Origin: Mucisphaera calidilacus
Lineage (GTDB): Bacteria > Planctomycetota > Phycisphaerae > Phycisphaerales > Phycisphaeraceae
Length of the DNA stretch: 32,000 nucleotides
Assembly: GCF_007748075.1 (NCBI RefSeq)
Contig: NZ_CP036280.1
Span: 2,460,001 to 2,492,000 of the forward strand
Reading direction: 5' to 3'
Position 1 is the first letter of the stretch, and each line of letters starts with the position of its first letter. Made by a program: the position numbers and the translations under genes. Positions 24,571 to 32,000 of the stretch are shown here, piece after piece. Below the pieces are notes generated by a model, which worked only from the letters and a program-made list of their open reading frames with translations, searched no databases and was not told the origin of the DNA.

Positions 24571-27162
24571 TCACGACCCAACGGAGGCCTGGGTGTCGAG
24601 CAGTTCGAGTTCGCTGGTCCAGCGGAGCCAGTCTTCCCAGTGCTCGCGGCTCATCGGGAGGGTGGGGTCGTCGAAGGCGTCGTCGGGCATGCGTTCGAGT
24701 TGCCAGCGTGCCTGATCGTTGGCGACGCGTGCTTCCTGGTACTGGCCGAGTTCGCAGCGGGCGTTGAAGATCTGCACGAGTGCCACGAGGGCCGCGGGGT
24801 GGTGTTCCCATCGCCGGGCCGCTTCGCCGTAAAGCGCGATAGCCGACTCGAAGTCTCTGCGTCCGAACGCGCAGTCGGCCTGGTAGAAGTAGGCGTTGCG
24901 CAGGTAGAGGCGCTCGTCGGGAGAGAGGACCTGGTCGATGCGTGACTCGAGGTCGACGATGACCATGTTGTAGAGGGCCTGGGCTTTTTCGAGACGGTCG
25001 TTGCGTTCGGCGAAGGCGGCGACGCGTGCGCGCTGGGTGGTCGGCCCGTCGGTCTCTTCGAGGGCTGCGGTCGACTTGCGGTAGGCGTCGGCGAGGAGGA
25101 AGCGCAGGCGAGCGGCCTCGAGACGGTCGCCGTAGCGTTCGACGGCGGCCTTGAGTCGTTGAATCGCCTGGACGTAATGACGCGGGTCCTGTTCGCCGAG
25201 CCTGTAGTAGAGAACGCCCAGTTCGATGAGCGCTTCGCGGTACTGGTCGCTGTCGGGCCGGATCGCTTCGTGGTCTTCGAGGACGTTCTGGAGGGTGCGG
25301 AGGGCCGCGTCGTTGTCGCCGACGGCGACGTAAGCGCGGGCGAGGGGGACGAGCACGCCAAAGGTCTCGAAACCGGTGGGCTGTTGCTGAGCGAGGATCA
25401 GGAACTGGTCGATGGCGGCCTGGAACTCGCCCGAGGCCATGAGCGACTTGCCGAGTCGCGCCATGGCGCGGTGCCGTCGAGCGTCTTCCTGTCGTGTCTC
25501 GACGTACTCGGCGTAGACGGAGACGGCCTCGTCCCAGAGCTGGGCGTTGTCGTAGCAGACGCCGGCCTGCCAGAGGCTCTTGCCGTGGGCCTCGTTGTCG
25601 AGGATGGTGACGCTGCGGGCGTGGGCGAGGTAGTTGGCGGCGGCGTCGGCGAAGTGGCGTGCGGCTTTCTGGTTGGCCATGCGCACGGCCTCGGGTGTCG
25701 GGCCGTTCTCGCCGTTGCGGGCGTAGGGATCGAGGGTGCCGGCGAATTCGCGTTGCTGGCCGGCGATCTTCTCGTGGGTGACGGCGAGGTCGAGCAGCAC
25801 CGGCGCGGGCAGGTCGTTGCCGAAGAGCGGCAGCAGGATCATGAGGTAGTCGAGGACGCGGTCGAAGTCGCCTGTGTCGGCGAGGTAGTCGACGTGCGTG
25901 CGCACGACGTCGGTCAGGTGATCGCGTCGCGGGTCGCCGGCGCGGGCGTGCTCGATGAGCCAGGCCACGGCGCGGCTGAGCGACTCGAGCGATTCGGGGT
26001 AGGCGCCCATGCGTGCGTCGACGTCGCCCTTGCCGATCAGGGCGTCGGCGAAGACCGGCTCGGAGGGGAACTCGCGGATGACCGTGTTGAAGGTCGCCAT
26101 CGCGGTCTGGAGCGATTCCTCGTCGCCATCGACGAGGGCGATCTGCCCGAGCCGCATGAGGATCTCGGCGTTGAGCGCATCGGAGGGGTGGAGCCGCTGC
26201 TGAGCGAAGCGGTAGTAGCGTTCGGCGTGGTCGAACTCGGGCGGGTCCTTGCTCTGGTAGCCGCGGGCGAGCTTGACGATGATCGGCGCGAGGTCCTTGT
26301 CGCCTCCGGCGGCGAAGAGCCGCTGGTAATGCCGGAGCAGGTAGTCGACGGCGGCATCGGCGTCGCCGGTCTCGAGAAGCAACTCGGCCTCGGTCGCGGT
26401 GCCCCAGATCTCCCCGGCACGCCGGACGTCGGGATTCAATTCCTGGCGGACCTCGTCGCGGTAGCGGTCGATGAGGTCGATCATGGCGTCTTCCCGACGC
26501 TGCTGGGGGTCGCGCAGCCGTCGCTCGATGAGGTGCCGGACCAGATCGAGCCGCTGCTGAGCCGGTGCGTCGGCCATGCGGTCGATGGTGGCCATGGCGT
26601 CGGTCTCGCGGCCGAGGTCGCCATAGGTCATCGCGAGCCGTCGTTTGGTGGCGGTGTCGAGGGGCAGGCCGAGTTGTTCGGATTCGCGGTAGTGCGCGAC
26701 GATCCGGCGGAGGGTCTGCTGACGCGCTTCGGTGTCGACGGGCACGGCGGCGACCTGACGCAGGCTCTGGTACTGCAGGTCGCCACGGTAGCGTTCGAGC
26801 AGCGCCCGCTGCTCGGGCGTGGCGACGTGGGCCTGCTCGAGGACCTGGTTGATGGTGGTCCTGGCCTCTTCGAGGTTCTCAGCGATCAGGAACTTGCGGG
26901 TTGAATCGAGGGCACCCGCAAAGTCATGCTCCACCTCGGCGGGCAGGGCGAGAAAGACGCCCATCGCCAGCATGCCCATGCCCACGAGCAGCGCGGGCAG
27001 CTGCCAGACCTGCCCCCAGCCGCCGGCGTCGGAAGAAGGCTCGGATTCGTTGAAATCCTCGTCCTCGTCAAACGCCTCGTCGACGTCCCCGGCCTCGGAA
27101 GCCTCGGCTTCGAGGGTCTCGTCGGGCGTGGTTTCGGGGGTTGTTTCGTCGGATTCGGGCAT
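24571..27162 (-). CDS. Membrane-anchored TPR/helical-repeat protein, function unknown
   Basis: Single 863-aa ORF. Very acidic N-terminal 50 aa, one TM (VWQLPALLVGMGMLAMGVFLAL), then ~780 aa of repeated helix-pair segments with TPR-like A/Y/L spacing (for example AIALYGEAARRWEHHPAALVALVQIFNARCELGQYQEA). Confidence 0.8.
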   Translation of the reverse strand: MPESDETTPETTPDETLEAEASEAGDVDEAFDEDEDFNESEPSSDAGGWGQVWQLPALLVGMGMLAMGVFLALPAEVEHDFAGALDSTRKFLIAENLEEARTTINQVLEQAHVATPEQRALLERYRGDLQYQSLRQVAAVPVDTEARQQTLRRIVAHYRESEQLGLPLDTATKRRLAMTYGDLGRETDAMATIDRMADAPAQQRLDLVRHLIERRLRDPQQRREDAMIDLIDRYRDEVRQELNPDVRRAGEIWGTATEAELLLETGDADAAVDYLLRHYQRLFAAGGDKDLAPIIVKLARGYQSKDPPEFDHAERYYRFAQQRLHPSDALNAEILMRLGQIALVDGDEESLQTAMATFNTVIREFPSEPVFADALIGKGDVDARMGAYPESLESLSRAVAWLIEHARAGDPRRDHLTDVVRTHVDYLADTGDFDRVLDYLMILLPLFGNDLPAPVLLDLAVTHEKIAGQQREFAGTLDPYARNGENGPTPEAVRMANQKAARHFADAAANYLAHARSVTILDNEAHGKSLWQAGVCYDNAQLWDEAVSVYAEYVETRQEDARRHRAMARLGKSLMASGEFQAAIDQFLILAQQQPTGFETFGVLVPLARAYVAVGDNDAALRTLQNVLEDHEAIRPDSDQYREALIELGVLYYRLGEQDPRHYVQAIQRLKAAVERYGDRLEAARLRFLLADAYRKSTAALEETDGPTTQRARVAAFAERNDRLEKAQALYNMVIVDLESRIDQVLSPDERLYLRNAYFYQADCAFGRRDFESAIALYGEAARRWEHHPAALVALVQIFNARCELGQYQEARVANDQARWQLERMPDDAFDDPTLPMSREHWEDWLRWTSELELLDTQASVGS

Positions 27163-27207
27163 GGTCCATCCGGTTCATAAGCGCAGATCGAGCACCGATT
27201 TGAATGG

Positions 27208-27215
27208 TTATCGGC
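27208..27215 (-). promoter_or_regulatory. Sigma-28 (FliA)-type -10 box upstream of the TPR gene (candidate)
   Basis: The minus strand reads GCCGATAA, an exact match to the enterobacterial sigma-28 -10 consensus. It ends 45 nt upstream of the TPR ATG, in the 99-nt prfB-TPR gap. The -35 is poor (TCAA at 17-nt spacing, versus TAAA at N15). By my rough composition estimate, one exact hit in 32 kb is about what chance would give. Confidence 0.3.
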
Positions 27216-27261
27216 ACTTGTGCCACCGGTGGTTGAGAATGGGCGTTGCGGGCGAGGGGCC

Positions 27262-28371
27262 TCAGGTCGCGGCCTTGGTGCGTCGGCGGAGTTCGGCGTC
27301 GATGAAGCCCTGGAGCCGGCCGTCGAGGACGTGCTGGGGGTTCGGTTCCTCGTAGCTGGTGCGGTGGTCCTTGACGCGGTTGTCGTAGAAGACGTAGGAG
27401 CGGATCTGCGTGCCCCAGCCCATGTCCAGCGACCCGCCGGTGGCCTTGTCGACCTCGGCCTGCCGTCTTTCCTCCTCCAGGACCTCGAGCTTGCCGCGGA
27501 GGATGGAGAGGGCCTGCTTCTTGTTCTGTTCGAGCTTGCGCTCGGCCGAGCAGACAACCATGATGTTGGTCGGTTTGTGGATCAGGCGGACGGCGGTGGC
27601 CAGCTTGTTGACGTTCTGACCGCCGGGCCCGGAGGATCGGGCGAAGGGGGTGATCTCGAGTTCGTTGTCGGGGATCTCGACGCCTCCGGTGTCGGGGAAC
27701 TCGGGGATCACGTCGATCGCGGCGAAGCTGGTCTGGCGCTTTCCCTGGGAGTTGAAGGGCGAGACGCGGGCCAGCCGGTGGGTGCCGCGTTCGGCGGAGA
27801 GGTAGCCGTAGGCCATCGGCCCCTTGACGTGGAGGGTGACGTCCTTGAGCCCCGCCTCTTCGCCATGCGTCTTGCCGACCTCCGAGACGTCCCAGCCCTG
27901 CTGCTCGGTGTAGTAGATGTACATGCGCATGAGCATCTCGGTCCAGTCCTGGGCCTCGGTGCCGCCCTCGCGGGCGTAGATGCTCAGGTAGCAGTTCTTG
28001 CCGTCGTGCTTGCCCGAGAGCAGGGACGAGAGCTCGAGCTGATCCAGACGCTTCTGCATCGGCTCGATCTGGGTATCGACCTCCTCGCGGGTGTCCTCGT
28101 CGTCCTCGGCGGCGGCCATCTCCCAGAGCAGGGCCATCTCGTCGATCGCTTCGGAGGTCTCGTTGACCGGCTCGATGAGCGACTTGATGGTCTTGAGTTC
28201 GGCGACGATCTCGTTGGCCTTGTCGGGGTTGTCCCAGAAGCCCGGTTCGCCCATCAGCGTTTCGAGTTCGGCGAGGCGTTCGGTCTTACTGTCGACGGCG
28301 AGCGAGTCACGGATGGAGGTGACGCGCTGGCGGAAGTCATCGATGAGGCCGGGGATGTTGTCGTTCTGCAC
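27262..28371 (-). CDS. prfB: Peptide chain release factor 2
   Basis: 369 aa. RF2-specific SPF tripeptide (RVSPFNSQG) and the GGQ motif (SSGPGGQNVNK). GTG start. One continuous ORF with no programmed +1 frameshift site. Confidence 0.95.
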   Translation of the reverse strand: MQNDNIPGLIDDFRQRVTSIRDSLAVDSKTERLAELETLMGEPGFWDNPDKANEIVAELKTIKSLIEPVNETSEAIDEMALLWEMAAAEDDEDTREEVDTQIEPMQKRLDQLELSSLLSGKHDGKNCYLSIYAREGGTEAQDWTEMLMRMYIYYTEQQGWDVSEVGKTHGEEAGLKDVTLHVKGPMAYGYLSAERGTHRLARVSPFNSQGKRQTSFAAIDVIPEFPDTGGVEIPDNELEITPFARSSGPGGQNVNKLATAVRLIHKPTNIMVVCSAERKLEQNKKQALSILRGKLEVLEEERRQAEVDKATGGSLDMGWGTQIRSYVFYDNRVKDHRTSYEEPNPQHVLDGRLQGFIDAELRRRTKAAT

Positions 28372-28389
28372 GCGGGCGGTCCTGGCTGC

Positions 28390-29595
28390 TTAGTTCTTGG
28401 TGACCGCGGCAATGGCATCGCAGAGGCGGTCCACGTTGTTGTCGGTGATGCCGGCGACGTTGATGCGTCCGCTGCCGACGATGTAGATAGCGTACTCCGC
28501 GCGGAGCTTCTGGACATGGTCCTTGTTCAGCCCGGAGAAGGAGAACATGCCCCGCTGGGTCGTGAGGAAGCCGTTGCCGGTGGCCGAGAGCTGCACGGAG
28601 CGCTGGTCGAGACCGGTCGCGAGCTTGCTGCGCATCGACTGGATGCGCTCGCGCATCGCGGCGAGCTCAACCTCCCACCGGGCGCGGAGCGAGGCGTCGT
28701 TGAGGATCGTGGTCACGATGCCGGCGCCGTGGGCGGGCGGGTTGGAGTACATCCGGCGGATGACGGTCTTGACCTGTGAGAGCACGGCTTTGGCGGCGTC
28801 GGCCGAGGGCGCAACGAAGGTCAGAGCACCGATGCGCTCGTTGTAGAGGCTGAAGTTCTTGGAGTAGCTCGTGCAGACGATCAACTCGGGGAGTTTCTCG
28901 GCGAGGGTGTGCAGGCCGACCGAGTCCTCGTCGATGCCGGAGCCGAATCCCTGATAGGCGAAGTCGAGCAGGGCGACCGCCTTCTTCTCGGCGAGCTTGT
29001 CGGCGATCGCGACCCACTGCTCGGGGGTGGGGTCGACACCCGAGGGGTTGTGGCAGCAGCCGTGGAGCAGAACGACGTCGCCCGCCTTGACGCCATCGAG
29101 AGCGGCGAGCATGGCGTCGATGTCGAGTTTCTGGCCCTGGGCGTCGTAGTAGGGGTAGGCCTCCTGGGCGACCCCCGCGGCGGTGAAGATCGGCGCGTGG
29201 TTGGGCCAGGTCGGCGTGCTCATCCAGATCCGGCTCTCGGGGTGGTTGCTGGCGAGGTACTCGCCGGCGACGCGCAGGGCGCCGGTGCCCGACGGGGCGT
29301 GGAGCGTCACGGCACGGCCCTCGGCGACCACGGGGCTGGAAGCCGGGAAGAGCAGCGCCTTGATGGCGTCGCTGTAGGCCGGGCTGCCGTCGATCGGCAG
29401 GTAGGCCTTGGTCTTCTCGGTCTCCAGGAGGGTTTTTTCGGCCGCCTTGACCGATTCCAGGACCGGCGTGGTGCCGTTGGCATCCTTATAGACGCCGACG
29501 CCAAGGTTGATCTTGTCCGGGTTCGTGTCGGCCTTGAAAGCCTCGGTGAGGCCGAGGATCGGGTCCGGGGGCGCGGGCTGGACGTTCTCGAACAT
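28390..29595 (-). CDS. aspC: Aspartate/aromatic amino acid aminotransferase (AspC/TyrB family)
   Basis: MFENVQPAPPDPILGLTEAFKADTNPDKINLGVGVYKD closely parallels the E. coli AspC N-terminus. PLP-lysine motif SYSKNFSLYNERIG. The ATG at 29595 is preferred over the track start at 29643. Confidence 0.9.
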   Translation of the reverse strand: MFENVQPAPPDPILGLTEAFKADTNPDKINLGVGVYKDANGTTPVLESVKAAEKTLLETEKTKAYLPIDGSPAYSDAIKALLFPASSPVVAEGRAVTLHAPSGTGALRVAGEYLASNHPESRIWMSTPTWPNHAPIFTAAGVAQEAYPYYDAQGQKLDIDAMLAALDGVKAGDVVLLHGCCHNPSGVDPTPEQWVAIADKLAEKKAVALLDFAYQGFGSGIDEDSVGLHTLAEKLPELIVCTSYSKNFSLYNERIGALTFVAPSADAAKAVLSQVKTVIRRMYSNPPAHGAGIVTTILNDASLRARWEVELAAMRERIQSMRSKLATGLDQRSVQLSATGNGFLTTQRGMFSFSGLNKDHVQKLRAEYAIYIVGSGRINVAGITDNNVDRLCDAIAAVTKN

Positions 29596-29789
29596 GGTTT
29601 GCGTCTTCCTCGTGACGGTGGGGATGCGTGAACGATCCGGCATCGTATCCGGTGGCGGGATGGATCGCAGAGAACCGATACGAAAGCTGTATCGGGGCAG
29701 CCCGTTGCGATGTGCAAGATTTTGAGTGACGTTCCGACCGTCCGGGCGTAAAGTGGTTTAAACGGTGTATTCAGCACCAGGGGAAGGCG

Positions 29790-30614
29790 ATGAAACGGCA
29801 CAAGTGCATAAAACGAGCGTTGCGGGGCTTCACGCTGATCGAACTGCTGGTCGTGATCTCGATCATCGCGGTGTTGATGGGCATCCTCCTGCCCTCGCTG
29901 GGCGCTGCGCGGGAGACCGCGAGGGCCCTGACCTGCATGAGCGACATGCGGCAGCTGGGCGTGATGATCACGGTCTTCACGGTCGACTACAAGGACAAGC
30001 TGCCGGCCAACCGGATCATCACGGTCCCCGGGACCGAGCACGTGACCTGGCGTCACTGGCTGGTCCGTCTGGGGTACGCCTCCACCGAAGACGCCTGGGT
30101 CTGCCCGTCGGAGGCGCCGCTCGGCGCTTTCAGCGAAGAGGGCATGGTGATGCACGGCCGGCAGTGCACCGGCGACGTGGTCGCCAACTATGCCTACAAC
30201 GGCTCCTCGTTCTGGAGCGAGGCGAGCACCAGCCCGGGCACGGCGAAGGGCATCGGGCAGATCGTTCGGCCGTCGCACACGATCCTGCTACTCGAATCAC
30301 AGGAACCCTTCCCCGACCTGGGCATCTGGATGCACACGCGCAGGCTGGGTGACGACGGCTACCACGGGTCGTTCGGCTACTGGCACAAGGGACAGGGCAA
30401 CTGGCTGCGTGCCGACGGCTCAGGCTTCCGCATGGGCTTCCGCGACACCATGCTCGACGACTGCATGTGGCACAACGGGCAGGAACGCATCGTGATCGAG
30501 TCGACCAACGATGGCGGCAGCACTGAAGTGGTTGACACCACGCTCCCGACGGTTCACGAGCACCCGGAGTGGATCGCCAACATCGCTCCGGCCTACGCGG
30601 GGACGTGGAACTGA
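29790..30614 (+). CDS. Prepilin-type N-terminal cleavage/methylation domain protein, DUF1559 / H-X9-DG class
   Basis: N-terminus is [26 protein letters not shown] (pilin-like leader plus hydrophobic helix). C-terminal H-X9-DG motif is [22 protein letters not shown] upstream. The family is heavily expanded in Planctomycetota and relatives. Confidence 0.85.
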   Translation: MKRHKCIKRALRGFTLIELLVVISIIAVLMGILLPSLGAARETARALTCMSDMRQLGVMITVFTVDYKDKLPANRIITVPGTEHVTWRHWLVRLGYASTEDAWVCPSEAPLGAFSEEGMVMHGRQCTGDVVANYAYNGSSFWSEASTSPGTAKGIGQIVRPSHTILLLESQEPFPDLGIWMHTRRLGDDGYHGSFGYWHKGQGNWLRADGSGFRMGFRDTMLDDCMWHNGQERIVIESTNDGGSTEVVDTTLPTVHEHPEWIANIAPAYAGTWN

Positions 30615-31187
30615 TCACTCCACGCGGATCAAGCGCTTCTCGGTCACGATGACGGGCACGGGGAAGTCGGTCGCTTCGGTGGGCAGGGCATCAAGAATCT
30701 GGTTCTCGAAGCAGACCGCGATCGGCGACGTCTCGGGGTGGCTGGTGAGGTAGCGGTCGTAGTAGCCGCCGCCACGGCCGAGCCGCTGGCCGGCGGGCGT
30801 GAAGGCCAGGCCGGGCACGATGGTGACGTCGGGCGTGAGGTCGAGCGGCACGCGGGTCTGCGGCGCGGGGATGTCGAAGCGGTCGGGGTAGAGGTCTTCG
30901 AGGTCGTGGAGCAGGTGGGGGACGATCTCCTCGCCGATGACCACGGGGACCGCGACGGTCTTGCCCTGCTCGAGCAGCTGGTCGAGGAGTTTGTGGGTGG
31001 CCACCTCGTCCTGCATGGAGACGTAGGCAAAGATGGTGTCGGCCTCGTGGACCTCGGGCATCTCCAACAGCCGGTTGCGTATGGCGGCGGAGGCGTCGAG
31101 ACGCGCGATGGCGTCCATGGTGATCCGCTGGGCTTTGGCCTGGGCGCGAGCCTGGGCCTTGGAGGCGGGTTGGGTCATGTTGCTCAC
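30615..31187 (-). CDS. 5-formyltetrahydrofolate cyclo-ligase
   Basis: 190 aa. Family motif is GRGGGYYDRYL, with upstream FAYVSMQDEV and VAVPVV segments. GTG start. Its stop abuts the DUF1559 gene stop (TGA|TCA). Confidence 0.85.
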   Translation of the reverse strand: MSNMTQPASKAQARAQAKAQRITMDAIARLDASAAIRNRLLEMPEVHEADTIFAYVSMQDEVATHKLLDQLLEQGKTVAVPVVIGEEIVPHLLHDLEDLYPDRFDIPAPQTRVPLDLTPDVTIVPGLAFTPAGQRLGRGGGYYDRYLTSHPETSPIAVCFENQILDALPTEATDFPVPVIVTEKRLIRVE

Positions 31188-31190
31188 AGG

Positions 31191-32000
31191 TTATCCCCTG
31201 GCGCCCGGTTCGTGCTCGTTGACGGGCTGGGCATGGTGTTCGACCCTCGGGTTGAGGCGGAGGTATCGGCTCAGGCCGAAGGTGGCGAGGTAGATGAGGG
31301 GAGTATCGATGATGGCCACCGCGAACTTGAAGACGTAGCCCGTGATGATGAACAACCAGAGTTGGGGCCAGATCGATTGTTCGGGATCGACCGGCAGCGC
31401 GTGGGCGTAGAAATGGGTGATCGTGATGACGGCGAAGGTGTCGACAAACTGGGAAACCATGGTGGAGGCGTTGTTGCGCAGCCAGAGGTGCTTGCCGCCG
31501 GTGAGGCGTTTCCAGAAGTGGTAGAGGTAGACGTCGACAAACTGGGCTGCCATATAAGCGATCATGGACGCTGCGACCGCGCCGTAGGTGAGGGTCTGGA
31601 GGTGGAAGAAGGTCCAGCCGCCGGCGTCGACATAAGCCCCTTTATCGGCGTCCCACTCGGGCAGAGGCGGGTAGCCGGTGGCGGCTTCGAGGGGCACGAA
31701 GCCGGGGATCGCCGTGCCGAACCAGAGCACCGTCAGCACCCAGGCGTTGAGCAGCAGTCCGACGAGCACGACGAAGTTCGCGCGCGCCCTGCCGTAGAAC
31801 TCGGAGATGAGGTCGGTGCAGATGAACGTCAGCGGGTAGGGCAGCACGCCGACGGCGACGGCGAAGGTGATCTCGCCGGGCGAGCCGAGCGACAACCCCG
31901 ACTCGGACGACCACGAGGCGAGCACCAGAAACCGGGTGATGCCCAGCAGGTTGAGCATCGTCAGCGTCCCGAGAAAAAGACCGGCGAGGACGATGAAGAC
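31191..32000 (-). CDS. yhhQ: YhhQ/DUF165 (Vut-family) queuosine-precursor transporter, 5' end probably beyond the window
   Basis: YPLTFICTDLISEFYGRARANFVV and MAAQFVDVYLYHFWKRLTGGKHLWLRNNASTMVSQFVDTFAV match the YhhQ family. The frame stays open and hydrophobic (VFIVLAGLFLGTLT) from the ATG at 31958 to the window edge. Confidence 0.8.
   Translation of the reverse strand, partial: VFIVLAGLFLGTLTMLNLLGITRFLVLASWSSESGLSLGSPGEITFAVAVGVLPYPLTFICTDLISEFYGRARANFVVLVGLLLNAWVLTVLWFGTAIPGFVPLEAATGYPPLPEWDADKGAYVDAGGWTFFHLQTLTYGAVAASMIAYMAAQFVDVYLYHFWKRLTGGKHLWLRNNASTMVSQFVDTFAVITITHFYAHALPVDPEQSIWPQLWLFIITGYVFKFAVAIIDTPLIYLATFGLSRYLRLNPRVEHHAQPVNEHEPGARG

Noticed and set aside
27220-27232. A perfect sigma-54 -24 element, TGGCAC (minus strand, 27220-27225), and a 10-bp palindrome, CCACCGGTGG (27223-27232), upstream of the TPR gene.
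   Set aside because: No TTGC/GC element at the required 10-nt spacing follows the TGGCAC; CCGA is there instead. A 10-bp palindrome with no loop is weak evidence for a hairpin or an operator. Both are probably coincidental overlaps with the sigma-28-like box.
27262-28371. Looked for the classical +1 programmed frameshift site (CUU UGA C near codon 25) in prfB.
   Set aside because: The ORF is continuous from its GTG start through ...IRDSLAVDSKTERL..., the region where the in-frame UGA normally sits. This RF2 belongs to the minority without autoregulatory frameshifting, which is unremarkable.
30615-31190. Checked for a 6S RNA (ssrS) gene, which is classically co-transcribed upstream of the 5-formyl-THF cyclo-ligase gene in proteobacteria.
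   Set aside because: Only 3 nt separate the cyclo-ligase start from the yhhQ-like stop, and its 3' end abuts the DUF1559 gene. There is no room for an RNA gene.
1-32000. Scanned for CRISPR arrays, IS or transposase and integrase genes, tRNA or rRNA, toxin-antitoxin pairs and defence-system hallmarks.
   Set aside because: I saw no direct-repeat arrays, no DDE, tyrosine or serine recombinase motifs, and no cloverleaf-like sequences in the short intergenic gaps. Essentially all of the window is accounted for by flagellar and housekeeping genes.

Overview
High-GC bacterial chromosomal window (GC judged by eye, not computed) dominated by a flagellar biosynthesis locus. The locus forms two convergent operons that meet at argS.

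- **Plus strand (1-7908):** fliP (3' end), fliQ, fliR, flhB, flhA, flhF, flhG, a small 2-TM ORF and fliA. A hairpin terminator and argS follow.
- **Minus strand (24459 down to 9789):** a FlgN-like ORF, a soluble histidine kinase and a sigma-54-dependent response regulator (FlrBC/FleSR-like), then a candidate sigma-54 promoter. After it come flgB, flgC, fliE, fliF, fliG, fliH, fliI, fliJ, a YlxF/FlbB-like gene, fliK, flgD, a small ORF, flgE and flbD. This is the Firmicute/spirochaete-type gene order.
- **Right flank:** an 863-aa membrane-anchored TPR protein, prfB, an AspC-type aminotransferase, a DUF1559/H-X9-DG prepilin-like protein (hints at Planctomycetota), 5-formyl-THF cyclo-ligase and a yhhQ-like transporter that runs off the window.

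**Most striking observation:** at least 12 single-nucleotide frame disruptions, all confined to about 9.9-15.6 kb. They hit flbD (1), flgE (5), fliK (2), the ylxF-like gene (1) and fliI (3). The roughly 26 kb of flanking coding sequence reads as uninterrupted ORFs, including through G7 and G9 homopolymers.

**Secondary leads:**
- a near-consensus sigma-54 promoter in front of flgB, next to its likely activator
- an exact sigma-28 -10 box in front of the orphan TPR gene
- two unassigned small ORFs embedded in the flagellar operons

No rRNA, tRNA, CRISPR array, transposase or integrase was recognised. All family calls come from motif recognition by eye; no database search, HMM or folding program was run.
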